Position numbers and translations under genes: made by a program. Below the pieces are notes generated by a model. The model saw nothing but the letters and a program-made list of their open reading frames with translations, searched no databases and had not been told where the DNA came from. A DNA stretch of 45,351 nt, taken from IMG/VR virus record IMGVR_UViG_3300048599_000187, positions 1 to 45,351 of that record; one strand, 5' to 3'. Numbering within the stretch: position 1 is the first letter of the stretch; each line of letters starts with the position of its first letter. The stretch comes from a virus. Taxonomy: Duplodnaviria; Caudoviricetes. Positions 15,133 to 24,373 of this stretch are shown piece after piece.

Positions 15133-15158
15133 GTTTGTATCAATTACAAATCATGACT
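15132..15158 (+). promoter_or_regulatory. 27-bp dyad motif, copy 4 (degenerate)
   Basis: GGT TTGT ATCA ATTAC AAAT CATG ACT, spanning the terL stop and the next ATG. Confidence 0.5.
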
Positions 15159-15566
15159 ATTACAACTATTTATAACGCAGTCGCACTAGGAACAACTTCA
15201 GAGGCGTCTAATGGCTCACCCACCAAAACTGTTCTCCAGGCGGGTACCACAGCGGTTATTCTAAACGCTAAGCTTACTAACGGTGACAACACCAACAAAA
15301 GCACCGGTATCCCAGGACAGTCGACGATGCTAGATGTTCGTTACGCCATAGCCCCTTTTGCCCTTACTGCTGACACCTCTCTTCCATCGCTGTTGAAGAA
15401 CTCAGCTGGCAAACTTGAACTTCACGTCGATCGTTCTTCGGGCGGTGTCACCATTGATAACACGGGTCTTATCGCCAACAACGGTGGCAACCTTTACACC
15501 TGGTTTAACTCACCTGCTCTGTCTGCTGGTGCTACTATCACCCTCACCTCTGTTGAACTCCCATGA
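15153..15566 (+). CDS. Putative beta-rich virion accessory protein
   Basis: T/S/G/N-rich; start set to ATG 15153 (MTITTIYN). Confidence 0.55.
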   Translation: MTITTIYNAVALGTTSEASNGSPTKTVLQAGTTAVILNAKLTNGDNTNKSTGIPGQSTMLDVRYAIAPFALTADTSLPSLLKNSAGKLELHVDRSSGGVTIDNTGLIANNGGNLYTWFNSPALSAGATITLTSVELP

Positions 15567-17161
15567 GAGCTAAATACGAATCCGATCTTGTTCCCATGCC
15601 GTCAACAGCGACGACATCTGGGGTGACGACAATTGCTGGTACCGCTGGACAGATAAATGTCAGTGGTCCGACTGGCAATGTTACTATGTCACTAGCTAGT
15701 GAAATAAATACTTTACCCTCGTCTTTTCTAGCTTGTCAACCCGCGCAGGGGCTGCTACTGCCGGGGACACAGGGAAGAGTGTATTGTAATCCCGCGCTTG
15801 GGCAGGTCAGTGGGTCAAAAGGGTGGATAGGGTGGGTGGATGTGCCTATAAGTAATTCTACCGCAATCGGACTCGCACAATTTTCGGTAGGTGGAGTCTA
15901 CAACTCAGCTAGAGGCCTAGCTATCCTTGTCGACTCATCGGGGAATTTAGTGGTTGAATTGCGGGGTTCGTCGGGGACAGACATCAAGGGGGCGAATGTC
16001 AGCGGTTTCCGCGCCGCTTATGCCGGTAAGCGCATCCTACTTCGTGTCGAACTTGGCAGCACATTAGTGCTGTGGGCGAATACAACGGCACTATCCTATA
16101 CTGACAGCGGCTATGGTAGTAATCCGCCTGCTTGGTCTGACGTAGTAGACGTAACCTATATTGACTCCGGGGCACTGGGGTCAAACGGTTACCCTTCATC
16201 CGGCTTCCACCGTTCCGCCGCCTACCTCGGTTCCTTCGCCACCGCAGAAGCAACCACGCTGGCGACAAAGGGGCAATATCCAAGTTGGTGGTACGGGAGT
16301 AAGCAATACCCAGTAGGAGTTGCACAGACTCCTGCTACTGGGAACTGGACAAGTGATGGCTCATGTACGATAAGCAATAATACACCTTCGACTATCACGT
16401 GGACCGATACTAATGGCGGGTTTGCGTACACTGGTGCCGGTGGCAGTATTAGGACTATCAGGAAAGGCACTAGGTTCTATGCCATGTTTACGGTGGCAAA
16501 TCTAGTTGGAGCAGTAAACGCACGGTTGGTGAATGTTAATGGTTCTGCAGGTGCATCAATCACCTTAGTGAATGGATTAAATACAATACCATACATAGAG
16601 TCATTGGCGGATGGACCCTACGTTGAGCTCTCTTGGTCCGCTGCCTCTTCAGGAGATATTACGGACCTGCGGTTTGTCACCCTCGGCTGTATCTCCGAGA
16701 TGGACCCCAACTGGAACGGGTTGGGACCTAATTACCCCGACTCGTCCGGCGCAGCTCGCGATTGGGTCTTGCCCACTAGTGGCGCGCCTGCTGCTATCAC
16801 TCGCGATATTATCGGCCAGCGAGTGAACATTCGGGGTTCGATTCTTCACTCTGCCATTAGCAGTCTCGCAGGCACTACCCTTCTCACCGCCCTCCCTGCT
16901 GGCTGGGTTCCCGTTGAATTCCAAGCCAACGTCTCCGAAGGCTTCGGCACTGGCATCACCCTGTCAATTGGCACCTCAGGTACACCAGCCGCTGTGGTGT
17001 CAGCCCTAGACGTTTCAACCATCGCCTTAGTCCAAGCAGACTCCCTTAAACGTGTCCCCTTCTCTTTGACCGCAGCAACTAACCTATACTTCAAAAAGAG
17101 TGCCAGCACTACCACCGGCGCTCTTCTTGTTTACACCTTAACCTTAGAAAAGAAATACTAA
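15563..17161 (+). CDS. Putative fibre or carbohydrate-binding virion protein
   Basis: GVTTIAGTAGQINVSGPTGNVTMSL fibre-shaft motif followed by beta-rich, lectin-like segments. Confidence 0.6.
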   Translation: MRAKYESDLVPMPSTATTSGVTTIAGTAGQINVSGPTGNVTMSLASEINTLPSSFLACQPAQGLLLPGTQGRVYCNPALGQVSGSKGWIGWVDVPISNSTAIGLAQFSVGGVYNSARGLAILVDSSGNLVVELRGSSGTDIKGANVSGFRAAYAGKRILLRVELGSTLVLWANTTALSYTDSGYGSNPPAWSDVVDVTYIDSGALGSNGYPSSGFHRSAAYLGSFATAEATTLATKGQYPSWWYGSKQYPVGVAQTPATGNWTSDGSCTISNNTPSTITWTDTNGGFAYTGAGGSIRTIRKGTRFYAMFTVANLVGAVNARLVNVNGSAGASITLVNGLNTIPYIESLADGPYVELSWSAASSGDITDLRFVTLGCISEMDPNWNGLGPNYPDSSGAARDWVLPTSGAPAAITRDIIGQRVNIRGSILHSAISSLAGTTLLTALPAGWVPVEFQANVSEGFGTGITLSIGTSGTPAAVVSALDVSTIALVQADSLKRVPFSLTAATNLYFKKSASTTTGALLVYTLTLEKKY

Positions 17162-17162
17162 T

Positions 17163-17369
17163 ATGACACCTAGCATAATGATCAAGCAGGTACGTCCAGA
17201 TCTTGGCGCTGTCGAATGTCGGGTTGTGGACATAGATAACGATAGGAACATTCTTCGAGACGGTGACGTCGCTGAGATGACTATTGTTAATTCAACCACC
17301 TACGGTGAAATGGTGGCAGCTTGTGAGGCTGTTATTGTTGCTATACCGGGTTGTGAAACTTGGTTTTAA
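17163..17369 (+). CDS. Hypothetical protein
   Basis: 68-aa ORF directly after the fibre gene. Confidence 0.6.
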   Translation: MTPSIMIKQVRPDLGAVECRVVDIDNDRNILRDGDVAEMTIVNSTTYGEMVAACEAVIVAIPGCETWF

Positions 17370-17421
17370 TTTAACTATACGGCGTTAGGCCGATTTAACG
17401 TTAGTTTACTTCTATTCTACC

Positions 17422-17970
17422 ATGTCATATTCTGGAACTATTGATGGACCGTATTTGATGCGTCAGTACCTGAATCTTTTGTCCTACTCGGACATTGTTA
17501 ACGGTGCTACGCCGCCTGCAACGTTGTCGAAGCGTAACGTTGTTACAGGTGCTCAGACTCTCACAATGCAGCAATCCGGCTCGCTGTGCCTTTTCAATTC
17601 CGCCACGGGATACAATTTTAAACTTCCCGTCATCACCAACGAAAACATTGGAGCCTACTTTGACTTTGCTAACACGGTACTAAACACCGCAACAGCTTGT
17701 ACCATCACCACTGCTGCTGCAACCACCTTCATCGGTGGTGGGGTTATTGTTGTTGTTGACGCTACGACACCTTCAGCTACCGTAGGTCCCAAGGGCTTCA
17801 TTTTCAACGGCACCACGCATAACAAGGTCTCCATGGGTGGCAGTGATACCACTACCGGCGGCCTTACTGGTACTTGGCTCCGTCTGACCGCTCTTGATAC
17901 CACCCACTGGGGTATTAGTGGCACCGTCTTTGCTTCAGGAACCATTGCAACTTGTGCTACGACTCAGTAA
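17422..17970 (+). CDS. Putative virion decoration or fibre protein
   Basis: T/G/A-rich beta sequence (TLTMQQSGSL...FKLP...GAYFDF...GTWLRLTA). Confidence 0.55.
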   Translation: MSYSGTIDGPYLMRQYLNLLSYSDIVNGATPPATLSKRNVVTGAQTLTMQQSGSLCLFNSATGYNFKLPVITNENIGAYFDFANTVLNTATACTITTAAATTFIGGGVIVVVDATTPSATVGPKGFIFNGTTHNKVSMGGSDTTTGGLTGTWLRLTALDTTHWGISGTVFASGTIATCATTQ

Positions 17971-17990
17971 TTCGTAGCCTCCTTAATACC

Positions 17991-18021
17991 ACCCGGTCGG
18001 ACTTCGGTCCCTCCGGGTTTT
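17991..18021 (+). terminator. Putative intrinsic terminator with a cUUCGg tetraloop
   Basis: ACCCGG-TC-GGAC-TTCG-GTCC-CT-CCGGGT-TTT. Confidence 0.65.
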
Positions 18022-18031
18022 CAAGGTACTT

Positions 18032-18433
18032 ATGCCTAACAATATCACTCCCTCGACAACGGCTCCTTCCGTTGGTCTTATGCAAGGTTCCTGTGAGATT
18101 CTTTCACAAATGCTGATTCAGCCTGGTTGGACAGACAAGCGTCGTGAACTAGTCGCTGGCGGACAGTTGGTAAACACGATTTTTGCCTGCACTGGTGATA
18201 GACCAGTTTATACTGGTGACATTACTGCTCAGGGGACCCCACTAGACCGGACGCATTTTAAAGAATTCTGTGACGAGGTAAATGACTGGGAACGCACGCC
18301 TATTACCCTTCCTTGTTCTGATTCGCAGTTTCAAGCTGCAGTAACGTGTTTAAAGTACTACACCGAAAACAAAAAGCTTGGTAGCTCAGTCTTTACCATA
18401 AACCTTCTAACAACCTTCAAGCTTCTCGAATAA
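18032..18433 (+). CDS. Hypothetical protein
   Basis: 133-aa ORF in the late operon. Confidence 0.7.
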   Translation: MPNNITPSTTAPSVGLMQGSCEILSQMLIQPGWTDKRRELVAGGQLVNTIFACTGDRPVYTGDITAQGTPLDRTHFKEFCDEVNDWERTPITLPCSDSQFQAAVTCLKYYTENKKLGSSVFTINLLTTFKLLE

Positions 18434-18434
18434 C

Positions 18435-18869
18435 ATGACCCTTCTCGATCTTCTTTCTAACGCCGCTGGCGGTGGTGTGGTCGGCTCGCTGCTCCATCTT
18501 GGAACCTCGTGGTTTGAAACCTACCAAAAGAAGAAACAGACCGAGATTGAAATTATGCTGATGAAAGCCCAAATGGAGGCGGCTGCTAACAAATCAGCCT
18601 GGGATTCGTTTCAAGCTAGTCAGGTTGGTGCTAACGAAGAAATAATAGTGTCCGACAAAGCTTCCTTGTGGGTTATTAACCTAGCTGAGTGTGTTGACTG
18701 TTTCCGCTCAGCGACTCGACCGCTTCTTACCTGGTCATTACTTGTTTTTCTTTATATCGTCTACCTCAAATCTGACCCAACCATACGTGCTTCCATGACT
18801 AACGAAATCACTTTCGGCTCATTCACAGCTTTGTTCTGGTGGTTTGGTAGTCGGTACTCCAAGAAATAA
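18435..18869 (+). CDS. Putative holin (GTA 3TM-type)
   Basis: Hydrophobic N-terminus, RSATRPLLTW followed by a TM helix, and C-terminal FWWFGSR. Confidence 0.7.
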   Translation: MTLLDLLSNAAGGGVVGSLLHLGTSWFETYQKKKQTEIEIMLMKAQMEAAANKSAWDSFQASQVGANEEIIVSDKASLWVINLAECVDCFRSATRPLLTWSLLVFLYIVYLKSDPTIRASMTNEITFGSFTALFWWFGSRYSKK

Positions 18870-18885
18870 CTTACCCCTCACCACC

Positions 18886-19239
18886 TTGAGCGCCAAAACT
18901 GACCTAGAACAAGCAGCCAGCGATGCGGCGGATGTCATAGCACGATCCGCCAGTGAAGCTGTTAAAGCTATAGCTGAAGCTGCTAGCGAGGCGTTACGAG
19001 CCACTAGTGTGAAAAACGATAACGACCACGACATTCTTATTGAGGTTAGAACAAAACTAGAGGGACTCAAGAAAGACATTCAAGATTTGAAAGACGGTAC
19101 TTCGACACAAATATCTGACCACGAAACACGTATCGTCAACCTCGAAGCCTCTAGGACTAAGCAAATCGTCATAACTAGCATCGGCACCGGTCTTTTATCT
19201 CTGCTAGCCTCTTTAGTTACCTATCACATACTAAAATAA
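18886..19239 (+). CDS. Coiled-coil protein with a C-terminal TM helix (lysis-associated?)
   Basis: DHETRIVNLE plus a hydrophobic C-terminus; start set to the in-frame accTTG at 18886. Confidence 0.55.
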   Translation: MSAKTDLEQAASDAADVIARSASEAVKAIAEAASEALRATSVKNDNDHDILIEVRTKLEGLKKDIQDLKDGTSTQISDHETRIVNLEASRTKQIVITSIGTGLLSLLASLVTYHILK

Positions 19240-19240
19240 C

Positions 19241-19267
19241 GGTAGCTATCAACAATTGATCCTTACT
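19241..19267 (+). promoter_or_regulatory. 27-bp dyad motif, copy 5
   Basis: GGT AGCT ATCA ACAAT TGAT CCTT ACT fills 27 of the 32 intergenic bases before the portal gene. Confidence 0.65.
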
Positions 19268-19271
19268 AAAT

Positions 19272-21347
19272 ATGTTACCTGAAGTCTTTGAAGAACTTGC
19301 AAAGCCAACGCAAAACGCCTGTATTTCGGGATTGCTTCAGCGTTGTAAGGATTATTTAAAGTTATCTCGTGTTGAGATGGTTAAGCACTATCCCGACTGG
19401 GATGCTTACGATGCTGTCTATCGTGGTGAGCGGGCCGCTGATGACCAGGATGTAAAAGCCCGTGAGCGTAAAGAGCCGATAAAAATGGTCGTGCCGTTAA
19501 CCTATCAGCAAGTACAAACCTTTGTATCTTTTTGTTATAGCGTATTCAGTCAGCGAGACTCTTTCTATGAACTTGCCGGCGCTGGTCCTGAAGACGAAAA
19601 AGCCGCTAAAGTTGGTCAAGCCGTTCTTGAGCGGGATTTGAATTACAACCGTTTCAAATCTGAAAAGATTACCCAATTCCTTACCGACATTGGTCGTTTC
19701 GGCATAGGTATAATTAAACATTCTTGGGTTCATGAAACCGTGCCAGTCATAGAGCAGGTCCCTGACCCATCCTACGTCCCAAACCCTTTGCTACCACCCA
19801 CGGCAGTACCTATGATTTCTCAGGTTGCCGACAAGACCAAGTTTTTGGGTAACAAAATCATTGTGGTCAACCCGTATCGTTTCTTTCCAGACCCCCGCAT
19901 CCCCATTACCCGTTTTCGTGAGGGTGAGTTTTGTGCTGACGAAATCGAATACGGCCGTGGCGACTTGGAAGCCATGGAGAAAAATAAGCAGGTTGGTGGC
20001 GTAGAATTCATTCCAGCGTTTCGACAAGAGGACCTAGATGGTCGGCGACTTATCTGGATCGGTAAAGATCCAATGCTGATGTACAACAATGTCCCACGCT
20101 TTGTTCTTGTCAGCGAGTTACAGCTTCGTCTTAACCCAGCAAAGTTTGAATACGCCCCGGGAAAGTTTCTAAATCCCCTTATCGACCGGGAGGTCAAATG
20201 CGTCGTTTGGATGGCGAATGACTCACGCATCATCAAACTTGAAGAAATGGGTTACGCCCACGATGATTTTACTTACGATGTTGCTCAGTTCACCAATGAC
20301 CAACAGCGTTTCGTCAACTTCGGACTCGCTGAGGTTCTAGGACCGCTGCAAGAAACGATTTCATGGTTTATTAACGCTCGTATCACCTCCGTTCGTAAGG
20401 TTATTCAAAACTATTTAGTCGTTGACGAATCCGTTATCAACATCAAAGATCTTCAGGATCGCAACCCTGTAATTCGTCTAAAACGTGGCACCTCCGGCAT
20501 GGACATAAGTCGCTACATTACGCAGCTTAAAGTTCAAGATGTCACCCAAAGTCACTTAAATGACTGCTCTTATCTCACAAAATATGGTCAAGAAGCTACA
20601 GGAATCACTGACTCAGTTCTCGGGCAATTCGCATCTGGTAGGCGTTCAGCATCTGAGGCTCGTAATGTTGCTCCCGCTGCTGCTGGTCGTCTCTTGCTCA
20701 CTGCTCATGGTATTTGGGATTCGGCGCTTGGTCCACTCGGTCAGAAAATGCTGTCCAACTTACGTCAAGGTCTTGACGAGCCAACACTCATTAGAATCAT
20801 AGGTGGTCAGTCACACACTTCCTATATCGCGGGTATGCAAGCTCTCATTGGTCAAGACCTGCCATTTGGTCAAGCCCCACTACCGCCCACCCCGCAAGGC
20901 CCACAATTTCAGCACGTTACAAAAGCTGACTTGGTTGGTAACTACGACTTTCTTGTATTTGACGGCTCACTCCCGTCAGAAAGAAACCAAGCCGCTATGA
21001 CTTTGCAAGAGCTACTTGTTGCAATGTCTAAAGATCCTCGTCTAATTCTTGTCTTCCAAAAAGACCCAACATTACTAATCAATGAAATTCTCGATCTCAG
21101 AGGAATCAGAAACGCAGAGCGATTCAACCTTACCACAGAACGTGCGCAACAGCTTATGCTACTGGGTGGAGCATCCGGTAACACAGTTCCTACTGGAAAA
21201 CCTAAAGGAGCAGGCGGAAACGCTAACCAGAGCAGTCCTGGACTCAGCGCCGGGCAGTCGCAAGGAGGAGGTCATACGGGAACAGGCAATGGGGCACATC
21301 CGGGGTCTTCAGTACCCGGCCAAGTTCATCCAGGGTCTGGTAGATGA
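19272..21347 (+). CDS. Portal protein (podovirus-type)
   Basis: 691 aa; FLTDIGRFGIGIIK, VNPYRFFPDP, FGLAEVLGPLQ and EATGITDSVLG...RSASE patterns; precedes scaffold and major capsid genes. Confidence 0.85.
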   Translation: MLPEVFEELAKPTQNACISGLLQRCKDYLKLSRVEMVKHYPDWDAYDAVYRGERAADDQDVKARERKEPIKMVVPLTYQQVQTFVSFCYSVFSQRDSFYELAGAGPEDEKAAKVGQAVLERDLNYNRFKSEKITQFLTDIGRFGIGIIKHSWVHETVPVIEQVPDPSYVPNPLLPPTAVPMISQVADKTKFLGNKIIVVNPYRFFPDPRIPITRFREGEFCADEIEYGRGDLEAMEKNKQVGGVEFIPAFRQEDLDGRRLIWIGKDPMLMYNNVPRFVLVSELQLRLNPAKFEYAPGKFLNPLIDREVKCVVWMANDSRIIKLEEMGYAHDDFTYDVAQFTNDQQRFVNFGLAEVLGPLQETISWFINARITSVRKVIQNYLVVDESVINIKDLQDRNPVIRLKRGTSGMDISRYITQLKVQDVTQSHLNDCSYLTKYGQEATGITDSVLGQFASGRRSASEARNVAPAAAGRLLLTAHGIWDSALGPLGQKMLSNLRQGLDEPTLIRIIGGQSHTSYIAGMQALIGQDLPFGQAPLPPTPQGPQFQHVTKADLVGNYDFLVFDGSLPSERNQAAMTLQELLVAMSKDPRLILVFQKDPTLLINEILDLRGIRNAERFNLTTERAQQLMLLGGASGNTVPTGKPKGAGGNANQSSPGLSAGQSQGGGHTGTGNGAHPGSSVPGQVHPGSGR

Positions 21348-21405
21348 GATTAAAGAACAGCAAAAACAAGAGCAAGAACAAGCTTCGCAAGTAGAAAATA
21401 AATAA
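21082..21405 (+). CDS. Small head-associated protein overlapping the portal 3' end
   Basis: WVEHPVTQFLLENLKEQ...GHIRGL helical protein in the portal-scaffold position; stop is 8 nt before the scaffold ATG. Confidence 0.6.
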   Translation: MKFSISEESETQSDSTLPQNVRNSLCYWVEHPVTQFLLENLKEQAETLTRAVLDSAPGSRKEEVIREQAMGHIRGLQYPAKFIQGLVDEIKEQQKQEQEQASQVENK

Positions 21406-21413
21406 CTAAATAT

Positions 21414-22349
21414 ATGAAATTCCCAATTACGTTCTTCCGTAATTTTATAACCTACGCTGTTGATAACGGTGGTAGTGGTGAAAGTGGTGTGGCTCCTGCA
21501 ACCTCAGAAGCAGCATCTTCTAACAACCCTTTCGCTCCGTCAACGGCTGAGCATACCAGCGAAGCCCCGGCAGAATCGAGTACTCCAGTAACTGAAGCGC
21601 CGGCAACTGCGGCCAAGCCAGCACCGGTCCAAGCCGCTGCTTCAATCCCAGCTACTCAGCAATCCGCTGTTGTTGGATTGTCTAAAGAGCAGCTTAAAGA
21701 GCTTGTTGACGCCGCACGTTCTCCCGCCAGGGTTGCTACTCCTCAAGAACCAGTTATGTCAGAAGAGGAGTTTAAAAAGGCATTTAACATCTTTGAAGCC
21801 ACTCCCGAGATGTACGAGCAGATTCTTGGTGTAAAAGCTGACAGTCCAGCCCGTGTGGCCGCTCTAAACAACGCCCTTCAACAGGTGTCTCGTCAATCGG
21901 TAACAATCATGCGTTACCTTGTCGAGCAGAAAACAAAAGAGCTTCAGAATGAATTCAATACTCGCATTGCCCCAGTCACTTCCAATTTGCGAGCCCAGAC
22001 TGAGCAGCAGTATTTTAACGAATTCACTAATATGTATCCTGGGTTGAAAGACTATCAACCTCTACTCAAAGAAATAGTCGACGCAGCTAGGGGACGTGGT
22101 GAGAAATTCGATTCCCCGCAAGCTGCAATGGAATTTGTCGCCAATAGAGCTAGTAAGGCGTTAGGTAAACCTCTTGACTCTCTCAAAGCCACGGCTTTGG
22201 TTGGTTCAAGATCTAGCACACAGGCCCCAACGCAGCAGCCTGGTGCACGGCAAATGTCCACCATGTCAATGGGAGGGCGCAGTGGTTCTTCTGGTGGGGC
22301 GGCAACCACGCAATCCACAGCCGAGCGTATATTCAAAATAGAACCGTAG
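21414..22349 (+). CDS. Capsid scaffolding protein
   Basis: Low-complexity N-terminus and helical core; directly upstream of the major capsid gene. Confidence 0.75.
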   Translation: MKFPITFFRNFITYAVDNGGSGESGVAPATSEAASSNNPFAPSTAEHTSEAPAESSTPVTEAPATAAKPAPVQAAASIPATQQSAVVGLSKEQLKELVDAARSPARVATPQEPVMSEEEFKKAFNIFEATPEMYEQILGVKADSPARVAALNNALQQVSRQSVTIMRYLVEQKTKELQNEFNTRIAPVTSNLRAQTEQQYFNEFTNMYPGLKDYQPLLKEIVDAARGRGEKFDSPQAAMEFVANRASKALGKPLDSLKATALVGSRSSTQAPTQQPGARQMSTMSMGGRSGSSGGAATTQSTAERIFKIEP

Positions 22350-22381
22350 TCTGCTGCAAAACCTGTTAAACAAATCACAAA

Positions 22382-23767
22382 ATGGCTATTCTAGGTCTAC
22401 TTAATTCCGAGTCCTTCGCGACTCAGCGATTCAAGAACATCCGTCGGTCGGTATTTTATTTCTACCCCAACGGCGCTGCTCCTCTCATGGGTCTTCTTTC
22501 TTTGATGAAGGAAGAGGTTACCAATGATCCAGAGTTTCACTGGTTTGAAAAGCGTCTTCAGCCTCAGCGTACCCTCTCGTACGCCATCGCTGCTAACGTC
22601 GCTCTTTACTCTGCAGTCTCAGCTGACTTCAGCGTTTGGACCACAGCTACTGGTAACGTAACACTGGCTGTTGGTAGTCAGTACGGTATCAAAGTAAACG
22701 CTAACGTCAACGGTGGCACTTCCAACTTCCGAGTTGGTCATGTTATTCGTTGGACGGGTTATGACTCTGTTACCACCACGCTCACTAACTATCTCGGTCG
22801 TGTTACCTATGTCGACGCGGCGAACAACCGCTTGGCTTTCACTTCGCTGGTGACTTCCAACGCTATCACCTACAACAACTCAACCGCGATCGGGACTGAA
22901 ATCCTTATCGTTGGTTCAGCCTTTGCTGAAGGTTCTGTCGGGTCCTCGTATAACACCTATAACCTGCCTGTCGAACTGAGTAACTACACCCAGATCTTCA
23001 GGACCGCCTTCCAGATTACCGGCACAGCATTGAAAACCAGTGCTCGGTATGACGAAACTGGCCCCTACAAGGACCAGGCTAAAGAGGCTTCGGTCAATCA
23101 CATGATCGAAATGGAAAAGGGGTTTATTTTTGGAACCCAGCTTCTGTCGACCACCAACGGCACCTATACCCGATATACTGGAGGCGTAATTTACTTCCTT
23201 CAGCAGTATCAAGCCCAATACTCGGTCTACCGTGGTGGTGACGGTTCCACCGTCGGACCTTCCGCTGTTACACTGGACACCGATGATGACTGTCGTATTA
23301 TCACCAATACGAATAACTACATCACTGAAAAACAGTACGACGGTTATCTCGAACGTGTCTTCCGAGTCACCAACAACAAGGCTAATGAAAAGTTGGTTTT
23401 GTGCGGCTCTGGCTTCCTGAACACCATCAATCAGCTCTACAAGAGTCGAGCTGTACTCAATGGTGATCTTCCGCTCACTGAAACTTATGGTATGAACGTT
23501 GTCGCTCATCAGACTCCGTTTGGCAAGGTTTACTATAAGAGCCATCCGCTGTTCAGTCAGAACCCAATCATGCGTTACAACGCATTGTTCCTCGACGTTC
23601 TGAATCTTCGGTACCGTTACGTGAACGGTCGCGATACTGAGCTTCTTACCCAGCGTCAGCCGAACAACGCTGACTATCGTGAGGACGAATGGTTCTCCGA
23701 GTCCGGCTTGGAGCTGAACTTCCCTGAGTCTAACATGTACCTGCAAAACTGCCTCGACTATCGTTAA
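22382..23767 (+). CDS. Major capsid protein (SU10/DUF5309-like, HK97 fold)
   Basis: FHWFEK, NYTQIFRTAFQITGT, EMEKGFIFG, YTGGV and TPFG motifs; strong codon bias. Confidence 0.9.
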   Translation: MAILGLLNSESFATQRFKNIRRSVFYFYPNGAAPLMGLLSLMKEEVTNDPEFHWFEKRLQPQRTLSYAIAANVALYSAVSADFSVWTTATGNVTLAVGSQYGIKVNANVNGGTSNFRVGHVIRWTGYDSVTTTLTNYLGRVTYVDAANNRLAFTSLVTSNAITYNNSTAIGTEILIVGSAFAEGSVGSSYNTYNLPVELSNYTQIFRTAFQITGTALKTSARYDETGPYKDQAKEASVNHMIEMEKGFIFGTQLLSTTNGTYTRYTGGVIYFLQQYQAQYSVYRGGDGSTVGPSAVTLDTDDDCRIITNTNNYITEKQYDGYLERVFRVTNNKANEKLVLCGSGFLNTINQLYKSRAVLNGDLPLTETYGMNVVAHQTPFGKVYYKSHPLFSQNPIMRYNALFLDVLNLRYRYVNGRDTELLTQRQPNNADYREDEWFSESGLELNFPESNMYLQNCLDYR

Positions 23768-23772
23768 AATCT

Positions 23773-24102
23773 ATGGGTGCCGTCGCTTCATCTGCTATCA
23801 CACTTAACACTAACGACTCTGTTGGGACAGCGTCCAACAAACTCGTCGGTGCAAAGCGTCGATTCTCAATTGTGCTATCCTCACAAGGTGGCACTGCCGG
23901 AGATATTACTGCGTCAATGCTAGGATTCGCAACGATATACTCTGTTTTGTTGATCAGTTTCGTACCATCCTCTACTCTTACCAACATTGGTATTGGTACC
24001 GACGGTACTAACATCTTCACCTTCACGGCGATTGACGGGTCTACCGGCCCTGCTAACGTGACGGGAACACTAACCATCCAAGTTGAAGGAAATCCGCTAT
24101 GA
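23773..24102 (+). CDS. Putative capsid decoration protein
   Basis: Small beta-rich protein directly after the major capsid gene. Confidence 0.55.
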   Translation: MGAVASSAITLNTNDSVGTASNKLVGAKRRFSIVLSSQGGTAGDITASMLGFATIYSVLLISFVPSSTLTNIGIGTDGTNIFTFTAIDGSTGPANVTGTLTIQVEGNPL

Positions 24103-24284
24103 AAACTCCGAACCTGCGTGACCAGGAATATACCACCAAGAGTGGTACTCCTGTTTGTGAAACCAGCATGCTTAAGAGTGAGGCTAAAGACTCCCTCTCC
24201 GGCACGAATGTTTTGAAGCAGTACACCACCTCCGGTGACGCTGCTCCTGGTAAGATGGGCGGTGAGCCCTCGTACGGTAATTAG
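24099..24284 (+). CDS. Small hypothetical protein
   Basis: 61 aa; ATGA overlap with the upstream gene. Confidence 0.6.
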   Translation: MKTPNLRDQEYTTKSGTPVCETSMLKSEAKDSLSGTNVLKQYTTSGDAAPGKMGGEPSYGN

Positions 24285-24290
24285 TAATCC

Positions 24291-24331
24291 GAGCCCTGGT
24301 AGGAATCAATCACTGATATTTACCAGGGCTC
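24291..24331 (+). promoter_or_regulatory. 27-bp dyad motif, copy 6 (24298-24324), inside a longer hairpin
   Basis: GAGCCCT-GGT AGGA ATCA ATCAC TGAT ATTT ACC-AGGGCTC. Confidence 0.65.
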
Positions 24332-24373
24332 CAAGTACTTATTACGTCGGCACCTTCAATTATAGATTAACAA

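Noticed and set aside
17378-17402. Possible fourth pseudoknot (CGGC/GCCG with CGTTA/TAACG)
   Set aside because: Loops are too short for H-type geometry; at most alternative small hairpins.
22916-23746. 276-aa antisense ORF within the major capsid gene
   Set aside because: Fully antisense to a strongly codon-biased gene; typical shadow ORF with no motifs.
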